Shown: positions 17,336-27,374, counted from the first letter of the stretch. The stretch: 32,000 nt of DNA from Synechococcus sp. A15-28 (GCF_014280175.1 NZ_CP047931.1:1050001-1082000); one strand, 5' to 3'. Numbers and translations: made by a program. Notes: generated by a model not told the origin, from the letters alone.

Positions 17336-18352
17336 TCAGTTCTGCCCGAGGCGCTGATGTTCTGCGGCGGCAAGCTGTTGGACCAGGGCCTGGCCTCGGC
17401 TGCGGGCTTTGCCCTCCAGTTGCGCTTCGCGGATCAGCAACGGGCAACCGGAGCTGCTCACCACGAGACCGAGATCCTGGATGCAGGCCAGAACAGTGCC
17501 ACAGGGATGGCCTCCCGTGGGCCATCGACCGATGAGCTCTTGAGCCTCAACGCTTAATTGACTCCTCAGGCGCTCGATGAGGGGTTCTGTTTCACTCAGC
17601 TTCAGCCGTTTGCCATCCCAGCTGGTCTGGGCGCCTGGATACAGGCCCATGACCTGACGGTGAATGGCCAGGGCAGACCCATTCCAATCAATCAGAAAGT
17701 CCTGTTTGCTCAACATGCGGGCGTAACAGCTTTCGTCCGCCTGGGGCTGCAGGCCGAGTCGTTGCCAGCGGTCATGGATCGAGCCGGCACCCGCTGCCTC
17801 GATCAGTGGCATCGCGTCCACCATCAACTGAGCGGTCAAGCGACTGAGGCGCCCCCCCAGTTCGAAGGCATTGTCCAGCAGTCCGATCGTCAGCTTGCGC
17901 TCCAGCAACACCGGCCCGGTGTCAAGGCCTTCCTCCATCGCCATCACACCGACACCGGTCTCGGTGTCACCACTGAGGATTGACCACTGAATCGGGGCCG
18001 CCCCACGCCAGCGCGGCAACAGGGAGCCATGACCGTTCCAGCACCCCAATGCTGGTTGCTCCAGAACGTCCACCGGCAGAATCTGGCCGAAGGCGACGAC
18101 CACCGATAGATCCGCCCCAAGAGCTGCCAGTTGCTGCTGGCATTCGGCATCCTTCTTGATCCGTTCCGGTGTGAACACCGGCAAGTTGAGCTTCAGGGCT
18201 TCCTGCTTCACGGCCGAGGGCACGAGTTGTTTCCCTCGCCCCCTGCGCCGATCGGGTTGGCTGACGACTCCCACCACGGTGTGACCGGCGTTGTGCAGCT
18301 CCGTCAGGGTTGGAACGGCATAGGCCGGAGTTCCCCAGTAGAGGATCCGCAA
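17336..18352 (-). CDS. fmt: methionyl-tRNA formyltransferase
   Basis: MRILYWGTPAYAVPTLTEL, GNGHGSLLPRWRGAAPIQWSILSGDTETGVGVMAMEEGLDTGPVL. Confidence 0.98.
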   Translation of the reverse strand: MRILYWGTPAYAVPTLTELHNAGHTVVGVVSQPDRRRGRGKQLVPSAVKQEALKLNLPVFTPERIKKDAECQQQLAALGADLSVVVAFGQILPVDVLEQPALGCWNGHGSLLPRWRGAAPIQWSILSGDTETGVGVMAMEEGLDTGPVLLERKLTIGLLDNAFELGGRLSRLTAQLMVDAMPLIEAAGAGSIHDRWQRLGLQPQADESCYARMLSKQDFLIDWNGSALAIHRQVMGLYPGAQTSWDGKRLKLSETEPLIERLRSQLSVEAQELIGRWPTGGHPCGTVLACIQDLGLVVSSSGCPLLIREAQLEGKARSRGQALVQQLAAAEHQRLGQN

Positions 18353-18354
18353 GG

Positions 18355-19719
18355 TCAGGCTTCCCCGGTTATCGAAAGGCCCTCCACCCAGACATGGGGA
18401 GACACGCCGCGGTGGGTGACTTCCTGCGTTGCTTCCAGATGCAGGATCGAGGCCAGCAGGCTGCGGACGTCACCGGCCACCGTCGCCGCCTCCACGGAGA
18501 TCTTCTCGCCACCTTTCACCAACCACCCATCGAAGGGCAGCGAGAACGAGCCTTGGGTGGCTTTAACCCCCGCGTGAAGGGCGGAGAGATCCTCGATCAG
18601 CACGAAGGTGTCCGTTTCCCGGGTGTGATCCAGATCAAGACCGCTGCTTTCTCCGGGGGTGGTGCCGACCACGAACCAATCAGGGCCGACGGACACCTTG
18701 GCGCCGAGGCCGGCATGGCCGGTTGGTTGGACACCGAAAGCTCGTGCCGTGGCCTCTGAATGCAGGAAATTGCGGAGGCAACCAGATTCGATCAACGCCA
18801 GTTTCTGGGTTGGTGTGCCCTCGCCATCGAAGGGAGAGGCGCTGATGTGATCCGTATGGAGACCATCGTCCTCAAGTGAGAGGAAGGGCACCGCCAGCGA
18901 CTGACCAAGGCTCTCGCGGGTGCTGAGACTGACCCCATCGAGAACGGCCCTTGCGCTGAACATGCTGCTGAAGGCACCGATCAGAGACAGGAAGGCCTCA
19001 GGGGTGAAGCAAACTCGGTAGGTCCCGGTCTCGATCGGTTGATACGCCAGGTGACCGACGGTTCGTTCAACCGCTTCATCGATGCATCCCTGGATGTCCA
19101 GCTCACCGCTGCCGAGGGCCATGCGGATCGCACCGGAACTGCGAGGCTTGCGGCCACTTTCCTCTGCTCGGGCGTACAGATAAAGGCTGGCCTGGGTTCG
19201 CTCCATCGTGCGGAGGGCACCATCGCTATTGAGGTAGAGATTGGTGGAGAGCGATTCGGCCAGACCGTTGTAAGGAACGGTCTGGATGGCTGGATGGCGG
19301 CTGAGCAGTTCGGCCTCCGCCGTCTTCAGGTTCTGCAGAAGCGGGAGGATGCCCTGCCGAGGCTTGAGGGGACGATCCAGATGCGGCAGAGGAACCGTTG
19401 CCAGCGGTGAAAACTGCGGCACATCATCGGGATTGCCGAAGGCACTGGCTTGCTGGGCCCCTTCCAAGGCCCTGGACAGTCCGGCGTCCGTTAGGTCCGT
19501 AGTGCTGGTGATGCCCACCAGGCCGTCACTGTTCCAGACCCGCACCGTGATTGAACTGCGCTGGGCGGCTTTCATCTGCTTGGCTTCCCCGCGGTCCACC
19601 TGGACCGAGCAGTCATCACTGCAGGCGGCCCCGAGATCCCAGTGGCGGATTCCGGCGCCGGTCGCCAATGCCTGAACGCGATCCCTTAGATTGCTGGGAA
19701 CAAGGGTGTTTGTGGTCAT
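18355..19719 (-). CDS. TldD/PmbA family protein, TldE (PmbA)-like subunit
   Basis: 454 aa; GTPTQKLALIESGCLRNFLHSEATA and FVVGTTPGESS, similar to the PmbA/TldE C-terminal domain. It lacks HExxxH and lies directly downstream of the TldD-like gene. Confidence 0.88.
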   Translation of the reverse strand: MTTNTLVPSNLRDRVQALATGAGIRHWDLGAACSDDCSVQVDRGEAKQMKAAQRSSITVRVWNSDGLVGITSTTDLTDAGLSRALEGAQQASAFGNPDDVPQFSPLATVPLPHLDRPLKPRQGILPLLQNLKTAEAELLSRHPAIQTVPYNGLAESLSTNLYLNSDGALRTMERTQASLYLYARAEESGRKPRSSGAIRMALGSGELDIQGCIDEAVERTVGHLAYQPIETGTYRVCFTPEAFLSLIGAFSSMFSARAVLDGVSLSTRESLGQSLAVPFLSLEDDGLHTDHISASPFDGEGTPTQKLALIESGCLRNFLHSEATARAFGVQPTGHAGLGAKVSVGPDWFVVGTTPGESSGLDLDHTRETDTFVLIEDLSALHAGVKATQGSFSLPFDGWLVKGGEKISVEAATVAGDVRSLLASILHLEATQEVTHRGVSPHVWVEGLSITGEA

Positions 19720-19721
19720 GG

Positions 19722-21131
19722 TCAGCGACCTCCCACCGTGATGGAGTCCACCTTGATGTGGGGCTGGCCGACGGTGACGAAAATGTTACCGCTCACTGAG
19801 CCGCAGTAACCCGCGGCGAGGTCGAGGTCATCAGCACACATTGAAATTCGCGGCATAACCTCCTTGGCATCACCGATGAGGGTGGCTCCTTTCACCGGGC
19901 TGGTGAGATTTCCATTTTCAATCAGATAACCCTCCTCCACAGAGAAGTTGAATTGCCCGGTGGGGCCGACGCTGCCTCCACCCATCGACTTGCAGTACAG
20001 GCCACGCTCAACGGAGGCAATCAAGTCCTCCGGTTTGTGCTGACCGGCATCGATATAGGTATTTCGCATCCTGCTGGCGGCGGCGAAGGCATGGCTCTGA
20101 CGCCGACCGCTGCCCGTGCGTTGATGACCGGTGCGCAATTCTCCGGCGCGATCACTGATAAAGCGCTGGAGAATGCCGTCCTTGATCAACACGGTGCGCT
20201 GTGGCTCCATCCCTTCGTCATCCATGGACAGGGACCCAAAGGCTCCGCTGCTCAATCCTTCGTCGATGGCTGTGACGGATGGATGGGCGATCAGCTCGCC
20301 CACCCGCTCGGCGAAAGGAGTGGTGCTGCGTTCGATCTGAGTGGTTTCCAGAAGGTGACCGCAGGCTTCGTGGAAGATCACGCCTCCGAAACGGTTGGCA
20401 AGCACAACAGGCATCTGACCGGCTTCCACGTAGTCGGCGCGGAGCATTGTGCCGGCACTTTCACAGACTTCAGCTGCACTGCTTTCAGCGTTCCAGGTGA
20501 ACAGGTCGTCTGGTCGGTCTGTGCTGCCGTAACGGCGGCCCACGCTGGAACGGTGCTCACCATCAGCGGCCAGGACCGACAGCCCTGTGGACTGATGCAG
20601 ACGAATGTCACGGGCGAAGGTGCCGTCGGAAGCGGCCACCAGCACCTCCTGCCAATCCCTTGAGTAGCTGCCACGACGCACCTGAAGATGCTGCCCGAGC
20701 CGCTCAAGCTGAGATGTTCCCTCCAACAAACGGGAACTGGCGTCACGCATGGACGGGCATCGCTGAAGCCAACTGGACTTTTCGAGTCCGTAATCTTTCA
20801 GAGCACCGAGACCTTCGAAGCTGGTGTTCACCGCAAGCCCGTTGGCTTCAAGATTCAGCATGGCCAGGGCCTGATCCAAGGCCCGGGTCAGGCCGTCGGT
20901 ACTCAGGTCATTTGTGCTGACAAAACCATCCCTGCCGTTGAGAAAAACACGGATGCCGGCTCCACGGGAAAAGGTGGGATTAACGCTCGTGATTCGTTCC
21001 TGTTCCGCAAGAAGCCCGAGGTGATCAGTGTTTTCCAGGAACACTTCCACCAGATCGGCACCAGCACCGCTGCCGCGCTGCAGCAGGGCCTGAAGGGTGG
21101 AACTCCAGGCCTGAGAGAAGGATTCAGTCAA
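19722..21131 (-). CDS. tldD: TldD family metallopeptidase
   Basis: 469 aa; metal-binding HEACGH (HExxxH) in [59 protein letters not shown]. Confidence 0.94.
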   Translation of the reverse strand: MTESFSQAWSSTLQALLQRGSGAGADLVEVFLENTDHLGLLAEQERITSVNPTFSRGAGIRVFLNGRDGFVSTNDLSTDGLTRALDQALAMLNLEANGLAVNTSFEGLGALKDYGLEKSSWLQRCPSMRDASSRLLEGTSQLERLGQHLQVRRGSYSRDWQEVLVAASDGTFARDIRLHQSTGLSVLAADGEHRSSVGRRYGSTDRPDDLFTWNAESSAAEVCESAGTMLRADYVEAGQMPVVLANRFGGVIFHEACGHLLETTQIERSTTPFAERVGELIAHPSVTAIDEGLSSGAFGSLSMDDEGMEPQRTVLIKDGILQRFISDRAGELRTGHQRTGSGRRQSHAFAAASRMRNTYIDAGQHKPEDLIASVERGLYCKSMGGGSVGPTGQFNFSVEEGYLIENGNLTSPVKGATLIGDAKEVMPRISMCADDLDLAAGYCGSVSGNIFVTVGQPHIKVDSITVGGR

Positions 21132-21134
21132 TGA

Positions 21135-22220
21135 TCAACGCACAGCGGGCTGAAACTTGTCGCTGTCAATTGGTGACATCAGGAACAACTTGGCCATCTC
21201 GGCACCATTGCTGATCCAACGCGGCAATTTACGCAGAACCTTCAAAGGAGCTGGGCTGGAGCTGCGGTCTGCAGCGTCCAGAGCTGCGTTGTTCTCCACT
21301 AGACGCTCAAGACGGGTCCAGAACTTGGGATTGTTCACATCGAGAACAACCGGGAAAACACGAGCCGTCGTCTCGTTGGTTTTCTCGATCACCATCTTGT
21401 CGTACGTCCGTGCGTCGAGTCCGAGGGCTTCGTAGAACTCCTTGCGGGCCACATCACGGACATACATGGTTGCGAAGACCGCGAGCAGGAAGAATCGACA
21501 CCACAGTTTTGCGATCGGTCCCCGCACTGTGTTCGGCTGGGACTTCATCAGCGCATCAAAGAAGTCACCGTGACGATTCTCGTCCTGACACCAATTCTCA
21601 AAGAAATTGAAGATCGGGAAAATCTTGCTCTCGGGGTTCTTCTCCAGATGGCGGTAGATGGCGATATAACGCCAGTAACCGATTTTCTCGGATAAGTAGG
21701 TGGCGTAGAAGATGAACTTCGGCTGGAAGAAGGTGTAGTCCTTGTTGGCGGTGAGGAAACCGAGGTCCAGCTGCATGCCGAAATCACTCATGGCCTTGTT
21801 GAGGAAGCCGGCATGGCGGGCCTCATCCCGTGCCATGTGAGCAAAACACTCGGCAAGCAGGGGGTTCTGCTGCTTGATGCGACGGCTCAGCTCTTTGTAG
21901 AGAAGAAAACCTGAGAACTCTGAGGTGCAGCTCTGTTCCAGGAACTCGACGAACACCCGCCGGGTTTCGGGGTCGAGCTTGTCTGCAGCGCCGTCAAAGT
22001 CGTCGTTGCGAACGAAATGATGACGGTTGTAATCCTTCCGGAACTCCTCGCAAATAGCCTCCAGTTCCGCCTCATTCGGACGCAGATCCATGGCAGCCAT
22101 GGCATCGAAATCCGTGGTGTAGAACCGCGGCGTGAGGATCGTGTCCTTAAAGGGATCCTTTGTGGCAACAGCGTTGGCCTCTGCGACGGCGGTTGGAGGG
22201 ATCATCGACTCCGATTTCAC
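21135..22220 (-). CDS. acsF: magnesium-protoporphyrin IX monomethyl ester (oxidative) cyclase
   Basis: [29 protein letters not shown], di-iron [20 protein letters not shown] ... [12 protein letters not shown] ... [14 protein letters not shown]. Confidence 0.98.
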   Translation of the reverse strand: MKSESMIPPTAVAEANAVATKDPFKDTILTPRFYTTDFDAMAAMDLRPNEAELEAICEEFRKDYNRHHFVRNDDFDGAADKLDPETRRVFVEFLEQSCTSEFSGFLLYKELSRRIKQQNPLLAECFAHMARDEARHAGFLNKAMSDFGMQLDLGFLTANKDYTFFQPKFIFYATYLSEKIGYWRYIAIYRHLEKNPESKIFPIFNFFENWCQDENRHGDFFDALMKSQPNTVRGPIAKLWCRFFLLAVFATMYVRDVARKEFYEALGLDARTYDKMVIEKTNETTARVFPVVLDVNNPKFWTRLERLVENNAALDAADRSSSPAPLKVLRKLPRWISNGAEMAKLFLMSPIDSDKFQPAVR

Positions 22221-22261
22221 GTCGATCCAATGTAGGGCTGCCAGTGCGGTGTCTGAGCCGA

Positions 22262-22702
22262 TCAGTTACGCCCGAGCCATTTCTGACCATTCAGCCGCTG
22301 CAGCAGACGTGACACCAGCAAGGGCAACGACATCCGCTTTTCGTCGATCAGGAATGACTCCAGCAGGGTCGGTTCACTGCCCGCATCGGCGAGGGCGACA
22401 AGCTTCGGGCTTGCAATGTCGGCCTTTCCGAAGCAGAGCCAGAAGCGACGGCCACCGGGAAGTTCTCCGATCACCATCGGACAGGAGCCTCCCACCACTG
22501 GGCGCTCGCCTTCAACCCGCTCCAGACGTTCGGCCTCGATGCCGTTGTCCTCGAGCTGCTGTTTCACCGCAGGGATGAACAGGGTGTCGATGAATTCCGG
22601 AAAAGGCTTGTCTTCCGGTTTCGGGGGTTTCGGCTTCGGCTTGGCAGCCGCTTTCGTCTCGTCGGGGGCCGCAGCGGAGGCCGAATCGGCAGTGTCGCTC
22701 AC
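22262..22702 (-). CDS. DUF2996 domain-containing protein
   Basis: Ala/Lys/Pro-rich N-terminus followed by [24 protein letters not shown] and [35 protein letters not shown]. Confidence 0.85.
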   Translation of the reverse strand: MSDTADSASAAAPDETKAAAKPKPKPPKPEDKPFPEFIDTLFIPAVKQQLEDNGIEAERLERVEGERPVVGGSCPMVIGELPGGRRFWLCFGKADIASPKLVALADAGSEPTLLESFLIDEKRMSLPLLVSRLLQRLNGQKWLGRN

Positions 22703-22747
22703 CGGGTCCTGATTGCTGCGGGAACTGTAGTCAGCGTTGGCCGCATC

Positions 22748-23218
22748 TCACCAGCCCAGATCCGGATCAACGCCCCAGCCATCAGAGCTGGGCCGCTTGG
22801 TATCAGCCGTTGTCGATGGTGCGGGATCTGTTGACGGGGGGGATCCCTTGCTGGGGCGAGTTTTTTGAACAATCCTGTAAGGGACTGCCACGGTGGGGGC
22901 TGGGTCGCGCACGTCCCTCTGGGGAGGAGGTGTGACCACCTCCTCCATGTCTGGTTCGTACCTGGACCGCTCCATCGGTTGATGCCGTTGGCGTCGCAGC
23001 GGAGGGGTACCCGGCACCAGCAACAGAACTGACGCAGCACTGAGTCCTGCCCCTGTGAGACCAGCCAGGGCGGTCCAAGCACCGATGGGGAAGGATGGCG
23101 AGCGCCAGATCAGCAACTGCAGGCGTGTGTTGCCGGAGCTGTTGAGCGCGGATGCCAGCAACAGCCCAAGCAGGGGCGCCAGACATGGCACAAGCAGCCA
23201 GCGCTGAAGGGCGCTCAT
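22748..23218 (-). CDS. hypothetical membrane protein (two TM segments, Pro-rich tail)
   Basis: Codirectional ORF; its stop overlaps no gene and its start overlaps the ubiX stop (23215-23218). Two N-terminal hydrophobic segments. Confidence 0.75.
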   Translation of the reverse strand: MSALQRWLLVPCLAPLLGLLLASALNSSGNTRLQLLIWRSPSFPIGAWTALAGLTGAGLSAASVLLLVPGTPPLRRQRHQPMERSRYEPDMEEVVTPPPQRDVRDPAPTVAVPYRIVQKTRPSKGSPPSTDPAPSTTADTKRPSSDGWGVDPDLGW

Positions 23219-23823
23219 GCGATTGGCCCAGTCCAGCGCTGAAGGGGGGCCAGATCATCCTCGAAGCCATCCAGCAGGCGTATCACGATGAAATCGACCA
23301 TCTCTTCAAGGGTTCTGGGCTGGGTGTACCAGGCGGGAATCGGTGCGGCAATGCGCGCCCCTGCCTCTGCAAGCGCGGTGAGATTGCGCAGGTGAATCAG
23401 GCTGAAGGGCATCTCGCGGGGAGCAATCAGCAGCGGCCTCCCCTCCTTGAGATGCACGTCAGCGCAGCGTTCAATCAGATCCATCGCCACACCGGCCTGA
23501 ATCCGGCCCACCGTTCCCATGCTGCATGGGACGATCAACATGGCTCTGGTTCGGAAGCTGCCGCTGGCGATGCCGACACTCTGGTCGTTCCAGCGATGGC
23601 AGAACAGTTCCCCCTCAGGGCAGTTCAAACGCTCACGCCAGAAACGGGCCTGGCGCTCTGGATTCACGGGCACCTGCAAGCCCTGTTCCGCCTGGAACAC
23701 CGCATAGGCACCTTTGCTAAGGACCAGATGCACGCTGCGGCCAGCCTGAAGCAGCAGCTGCAGTGTTCGCTCGGCCAGCGGCTGGGCAGAGGCGCCTGTG
23801 ACAGCAAGCACATAGGGGTGCAT
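23215..23823 (-). CDS. ubiX: flavin prenyltransferase UbiX
   Basis: YVLAVTGASAQPLAERTLQLLLQAGRSVHLVLSKGA, SGSFRTRAMLIVPCSMGTVGRIQAGVAMDLIERCADVHLKEGRPLLIAPREMPFSLIHLRNLTALAEAGARIAAPIPAWYTQPRTLEEMVDFIVIRLLD. Confidence 0.95.
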   Translation of the reverse strand: MHPYVLAVTGASAQPLAERTLQLLLQAGRSVHLVLSKGAYAVFQAEQGLQVPVNPERQARFWRERLNCPEGELFCHRWNDQSVGIASGSFRTRAMLIVPCSMGTVGRIQAGVAMDLIERCADVHLKEGRPLLIAPREMPFSLIHLRNLTALAEAGARIAAPIPAWYTQPRTLEEMVDFIVIRLLDGFEDDLAPLQRWTGPIA

Positions 23824-23825
23824 GG

Positions 23826-26156
23826 TTAAACGTTGCTGAGGGTCACAGCCATCGGCTTGACCTCGCTCTCCGTTGCGTCACTGTCTGCGCTGCTGTCATC
23901 CCGGTCCGCTGCCGGTTCGGGGATGACCTCGAGATCGATCTGATTGCGCAGGACATCCACCTTGATCACCCTCACGCGCACTGGATCGCCGAGCTGGTAG
24001 ACCCGTCGATTCTTGCGACCCACGAGGCGGTTCTGGCGTGAGCGGTACTCGTACCAGTCGTCGTTGAGGGAGCTCACATGAACAAGGCCCTCCACCCGGG
24101 TCTCTCCCACCTCAACGAAGAAGCCGTAGCTCTGGACGCCGCTGACACGGCCCTCGGCGTCCTGACCCACCAGGGGTTCTGCTGACCTGGCCTGAACCAT
24201 GGCCTGCAGGTCGCGTAGGAGTTCGAGCACTTGCCGTCGCCGGCTGTTCAACCGCTGAACCAGACGGTGATTCACGATGCTGACCAGCTTCTCCTCCTGT
24301 GCGCCGGTGAACAGTGCCCAGTGCAGATTCTCCGCACAGCCACGACGTCCAAGATTGAGTCGTTCCTTCTGACGCACATTGGGTCGGTCCTTACCGTCGC
24401 TCAGGAGCATCTGAATGACTTGCTGGTTGGCCAGGTGGGCATAGCTCAATGACGCGCAGCACCAGGGAGCTGGGGCTGCCTCCGAATCGGTGGGGTTGCC
24501 GTCCTCGGTTGGCTCCTGGGGCTTGATTTCCGCCTGGAACTGCGGATGAGCCAGTGCATGACTCAGCTGCTGCTCCAGCACCCTGCGTTGATCTGACTCA
24601 GCAAACACCGTGATCAGTTCCTGAGCTGTCGGACTGCCGTCGTCATCGAGCTCGAGGGGGAGATCCAGGGCAACGGCGGTCTTCGCCACATCGGTCAGCA
24701 CCGTGGGGTCAGGTTCGCTGCTGATCCGTGAGATACCCGGAAGCTGCAGTTCGGCGCGGTGCTGTCCCCAGGCGCGATCGGCGGCCCTCAGCAGAGGTTG
24801 AAGAATGGAGTTGGGGTCGGTGCGATCGATGACATCACCCCAACGATGGGCCTGACCACTGGGATCGGCCCATCGCAGATCTCCCAGCGCCTCCATCTGT
24901 GGTGGCCGTAGATCAAGCGCCACGGATCCATCGGCTCGCTCCTTCGCCATCAGGCAGTCGGCACAGAACAACAGGGTCTCCAGCTGTCCGAGTTGATCCT
25001 TGATCGATTTCAACGCTGCCGGAATGCTGCGCGACTTGGGCTTGCGCTCAGCCAGGGCGCGGAGCTGGATGGCGCTGATGTCGGCGACCGGGCGAATCGT
25101 GCTGAGCATGAACTCCCAGTCCGCCAGGTTGCCATCGGCATCGATGTCAAGACGGACGGTGATGGCGTCGCTGGCTTCCCCCGCCTTGAAACAACAGGCC
25201 TTGGTGATGGCCGGTGTCAGAAGGGGCTGCCATTCCTCCCCCAGGCAGATGGCTTCAGCGCGTTCTCGGATCCAGAGATCGAGACTGTTGCCTTGGCCGA
25301 ACCGTTCCGCCACGGATGGCGCGTGCAGCCAAAGGCGACTGCCGCCATCCCTGGCTTCCACATGAACCGCGGGCAAGGGTGGGGCATCGCTGAGCTGCCA
25401 ACCGCTGAGAAGCAGTGACGGCTGCTCACTCAGATCGGTGCGTCCTTTGCTGGCTGGGGATTTGACGGAGCCCCGTGGTGCCGCAGGTCGCTCGTGCAGA
25501 CCGGCTTTGGTGAGCAGGAGGTTGCGATCCGCGGCTGGGCCGGCGTTGAGGGGCAGCGGCCTGGCCACATGACCCTGGGCGGGAAGCTGGGCAACCGGAT
25601 ACCGATCGATCTTGACTTCAACGACCGTTGTGGCCTCTTCGTCCGGAAGGTGCTCCTCCGCATCAGCCGGCAACTCGATGCTGGTGAGCATACGGTCGTC
25701 CAGCGGAGCCGCCACCATCCGGTCCTGCTGACGCTCAACCTGCGCCAGCAAAGACTGAGTACTGCGTTCGAGAATGCATTGAACCCCGCCTTCCGGGGAT
25801 CGTCGACGTCCGCCTTCGCGGGTAACACGCACCAGGACGCGATCACCATTCCAGGCGTGATTCAGCTGGTGATCACGGATGTAGATGTCATCGCCACCGT
25901 CATCACGGATGGCGAAACAGAACCCCTTGCTGCTGCAACGCAGCCGTGCATCGAAAAGGTCTTCACAGCGATCGCGCACGACGCCGTCATCGTCCTGCCG
26001 GCTGAGAAGCCCCAGCTTGCTCAAGCCATCGAGGGCGAGATCCAGACGCTCCCTATCAGCTTTATTTGTCAGCTTCAGGATTTTGGCCAGCGTGGACTTT
26101 GGAACCGGCTGGTCGTAGGAAAGCTGATCCAGCAGGTCAGCGACCGAGAACTTCAT
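23826..26156 (-). CDS. RNase II/RNase R family exoribonuclease
   Basis: 776 aa. Cold-shock-like N-terminus, a partly degenerate RNB domain (AITKACCFKAGEASDAITVRLDIDADGNLADWEFMLSTI), SYAHLANQ, and a C-terminal S1 domain (VQSYGFFVEVGETRVEGLVHVSSL). Confidence 0.92.
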   Translation of the reverse strand: MKFSVADLLDQLSYDQPVPKSTLAKILKLTNKADRERLDLALDGLSKLGLLSRQDDDGVVRDRCEDLFDARLRCSSKGFCFAIRDDGGDDIYIRDHQLNHAWNGDRVLVRVTREGGRRRSPEGGVQCILERSTQSLLAQVERQQDRMVAAPLDDRMLTSIELPADAEEHLPDEEATTVVEVKIDRYPVAQLPAQGHVARPLPLNAGPAADRNLLLTKAGLHERPAAPRGSVKSPASKGRTDLSEQPSLLLSGWQLSDAPPLPAVHVEARDGGSRLWLHAPSVAERFGQGNSLDLWIRERAEAICLGEEWQPLLTPAITKACCFKAGEASDAITVRLDIDADGNLADWEFMLSTIRPVADISAIQLRALAERKPKSRSIPAALKSIKDQLGQLETLLFCADCLMAKERADGSVALDLRPPQMEALGDLRWADPSGQAHRWGDVIDRTDPNSILQPLLRAADRAWGQHRAELQLPGISRISSEPDPTVLTDVAKTAVALDLPLELDDDGSPTAQELITVFAESDQRRVLEQQLSHALAHPQFQAEIKPQEPTEDGNPTDSEAAPAPWCCASLSYAHLANQQVIQMLLSDGKDRPNVRQKERLNLGRRGCAENLHWALFTGAQEEKLVSIVNHRLVQRLNSRRRQVLELLRDLQAMVQARSAEPLVGQDAEGRVSGVQSYGFFVEVGETRVEGLVHVSSLNDDWYEYRSRQNRLVGRKNRRVYQLGDPVRVRVIKVDVLRNQIDLEVIPEPAADRDDSSADSDATESEVKPMAVTLSNV

Positions 26157-26250
26157 GGTGGGGGTATCAAATCCGGCCTACATGACCGGGAGATGTTCAG
26201 AGCGGCCAAAGGGGTGACCGGCCGTGCAGAGAGCTCAGAACAGATTCACT

Positions 26251-26559
26251 TTATGAGTCGACCTGGTTGTCCTCGGCACTCTCATCGCTTCTACTGCGCC
26301 TCAACAGCTGGGATCCGATGATCAGGAAACCCACTGCGGCTGCAAGTTGAAGCCATTCGGTCGGGATCAGGTTGGCGATCGACCCACCGGCCATCGCCCC
26401 CAACAGGCTGGCCAGAACGAGGGCTGAGGATGATCCGACAAACACCGCCCAAGGCCTGTCGGAGGTTCCGCTCAGCGCCACTGTCGCCAATTGGGTCTTG
26501 TCCCCCAGTTCCGCCAGGAACACGGTGAGAAAGGTCGAGATCAGAAGCGAGAGATCCAT
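26251..26559 (-). CDS. TMEM165/GDT1 (UPF0016) family protein, half-size
   Basis: 102 aa; TFLTVFLAELGDKTQLATVALSG plus three predicted TM segments. Confidence 0.93.
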   Translation of the reverse strand: MDLSLLISTFLTVFLAELGDKTQLATVALSGTSDRPWAVFVGSSSALVLASLLGAMAGGSIANLIPTEWLQLAAAVGFLIIGSQLLRRSRSDESAEDNQVDS

Positions 26560-26562
26560 GGT

Positions 26563-26895
26563 TCAGGCTCCGGTTGTCTCCAGCAGCAGCGTCTGGGCTG
26601 CCTGAGCCCCCAGCCACAGTCCGAGGGCCACCATGAGAACACCGGCCATGGTTTCCAGCCGTTCCGGCGGAAGTGTGCGGGCCAGCCATTGCCCAAGCAG
26701 CACTCCCACGAGGCTCGAGCAGATCAATGCCAAGGCCGCCCCGAGGAACACCAGCCAGGGCGCGCCGGACTGAGCTGAGAGGAGCAGTGTCGCCAGCTGG
26801 GTTTTGTCCCCCAGTTCGGCGATGAACACCGTGCTGAAGGTGCTGAACACAACAATGGCAAAGCCAGGGCGCGTGGCTTCGTTGATCTCAGCCAT
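26563..26895 (-). CDS. TMEM165/GDT1 (UPF0016) family protein, half-size (second copy)
   Basis: 110 aa; TFSTVFIAELGDKTQLATLLLSA. Lies 3 bp upstream of the paralogue. Confidence 0.93.
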   Translation of the reverse strand: MAEINEATRPGFAIVVFSTFSTVFIAELGDKTQLATLLLSAQSGAPWLVFLGAALALICSSLVGVLLGQWLARTLPPERLETMAGVLMVALGLWLGAQAAQTLLLETTGA

Positions 26896-26912
26896 GAAAC
26901 TCAGCCATCCCG

Positions 26913-27266
26913 TCAGCGTTGAGCGCGATTGAACCTACGCAGCTCTTTGCTGCGACCGCCGTAAACCGAGCGGATCTGCTGCTGGCAGCAGTCGATGGCG
27001 AAGGCATCCAGCTGATCGGAGGCAATGTCGAACAGCTGGACCATGCTGCTGACCCGGCAGAACCGCGGTCGATCCTCGTAGATCCGACAGCGTCGACCAC
27101 CACTGTCGTAATGAATGCACCAGCCATCTGCCCCCACCATGGACAGATAGGTGGCCTGATCCGCGTCGTTCAGGGCTTCCAGGGCTTCGGCCCGTTCCTC
27201 CGGTGCAAGTCGGCAGCAGGCACCGCACTGGGAGATGCATTGCCACTGTGGGGTTTGACTGGTCAT
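26913..27266 (-). CDS. YkgJ family cysteine cluster protein
   Basis: CISQCGACCRLAPEER ... GWCIHYDSGGRRCRIYEDRPRFCRV: the spaced-Cys pattern of the CxxCxxCC type. Confidence 0.92.
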   Translation of the reverse strand: MTSQTPQWQCISQCGACCRLAPEERAEALEALNDADQATYLSMVGADGWCIHYDSGGRRCRIYEDRPRFCRVSSMVQLFDIASDQLDAFAIDCCQQQIRSVYGGRSKELRRFNRAQR

Positions 27267-27275
27267 GAGTGCAGC

Positions 27276-27292
27276 TGTGACAAGCCGTCACA
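27276..27292. promoter_or_regulatory. short perfect inverted repeat TGTGAC-N5-GTCACA between divergent genes
   Basis: Sequence TGTGACAAGCCGTCACA, lying 9 nt upstream of the YkgJ-type gene start and about 82 nt upstream of psb30. CRP-like half sites, but the spacing is 7 rather than 6. Confidence 0.3.
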
Positions 27293-27374
27293 GAGGGGCC
27301 GAGCCCGAGCCCGACTGTGAGCCAGGGCCCCGTAATCTGGTGCCTGAATCGCAACGTGTGAGCGTTTTATCGCC

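Noticed and set aside
18355-21131. Considered a RiPP biosynthetic locus because of the TldD/TldE pair
   Set aside because: No precursor peptide, YcaO, LanM or exporter gene nearby; flanking genes are fmt and acsF.
25968-25975. HIP1 octamer GCGATCGC
   Set aside because: A single copy noticed inside a coding region. HIP1 abundance is a feature of many freshwater cyanobacteria, and one copy here carries no signal; I did not do an exhaustive count.
24231-26118. Several plus-strand ORFs antisense to the RNase gene, including a 275 aa ORF at 25494-26321
   Set aside because: Opposite a well-supported RNase II/R-family CDS, and no domain signatures in the translations.
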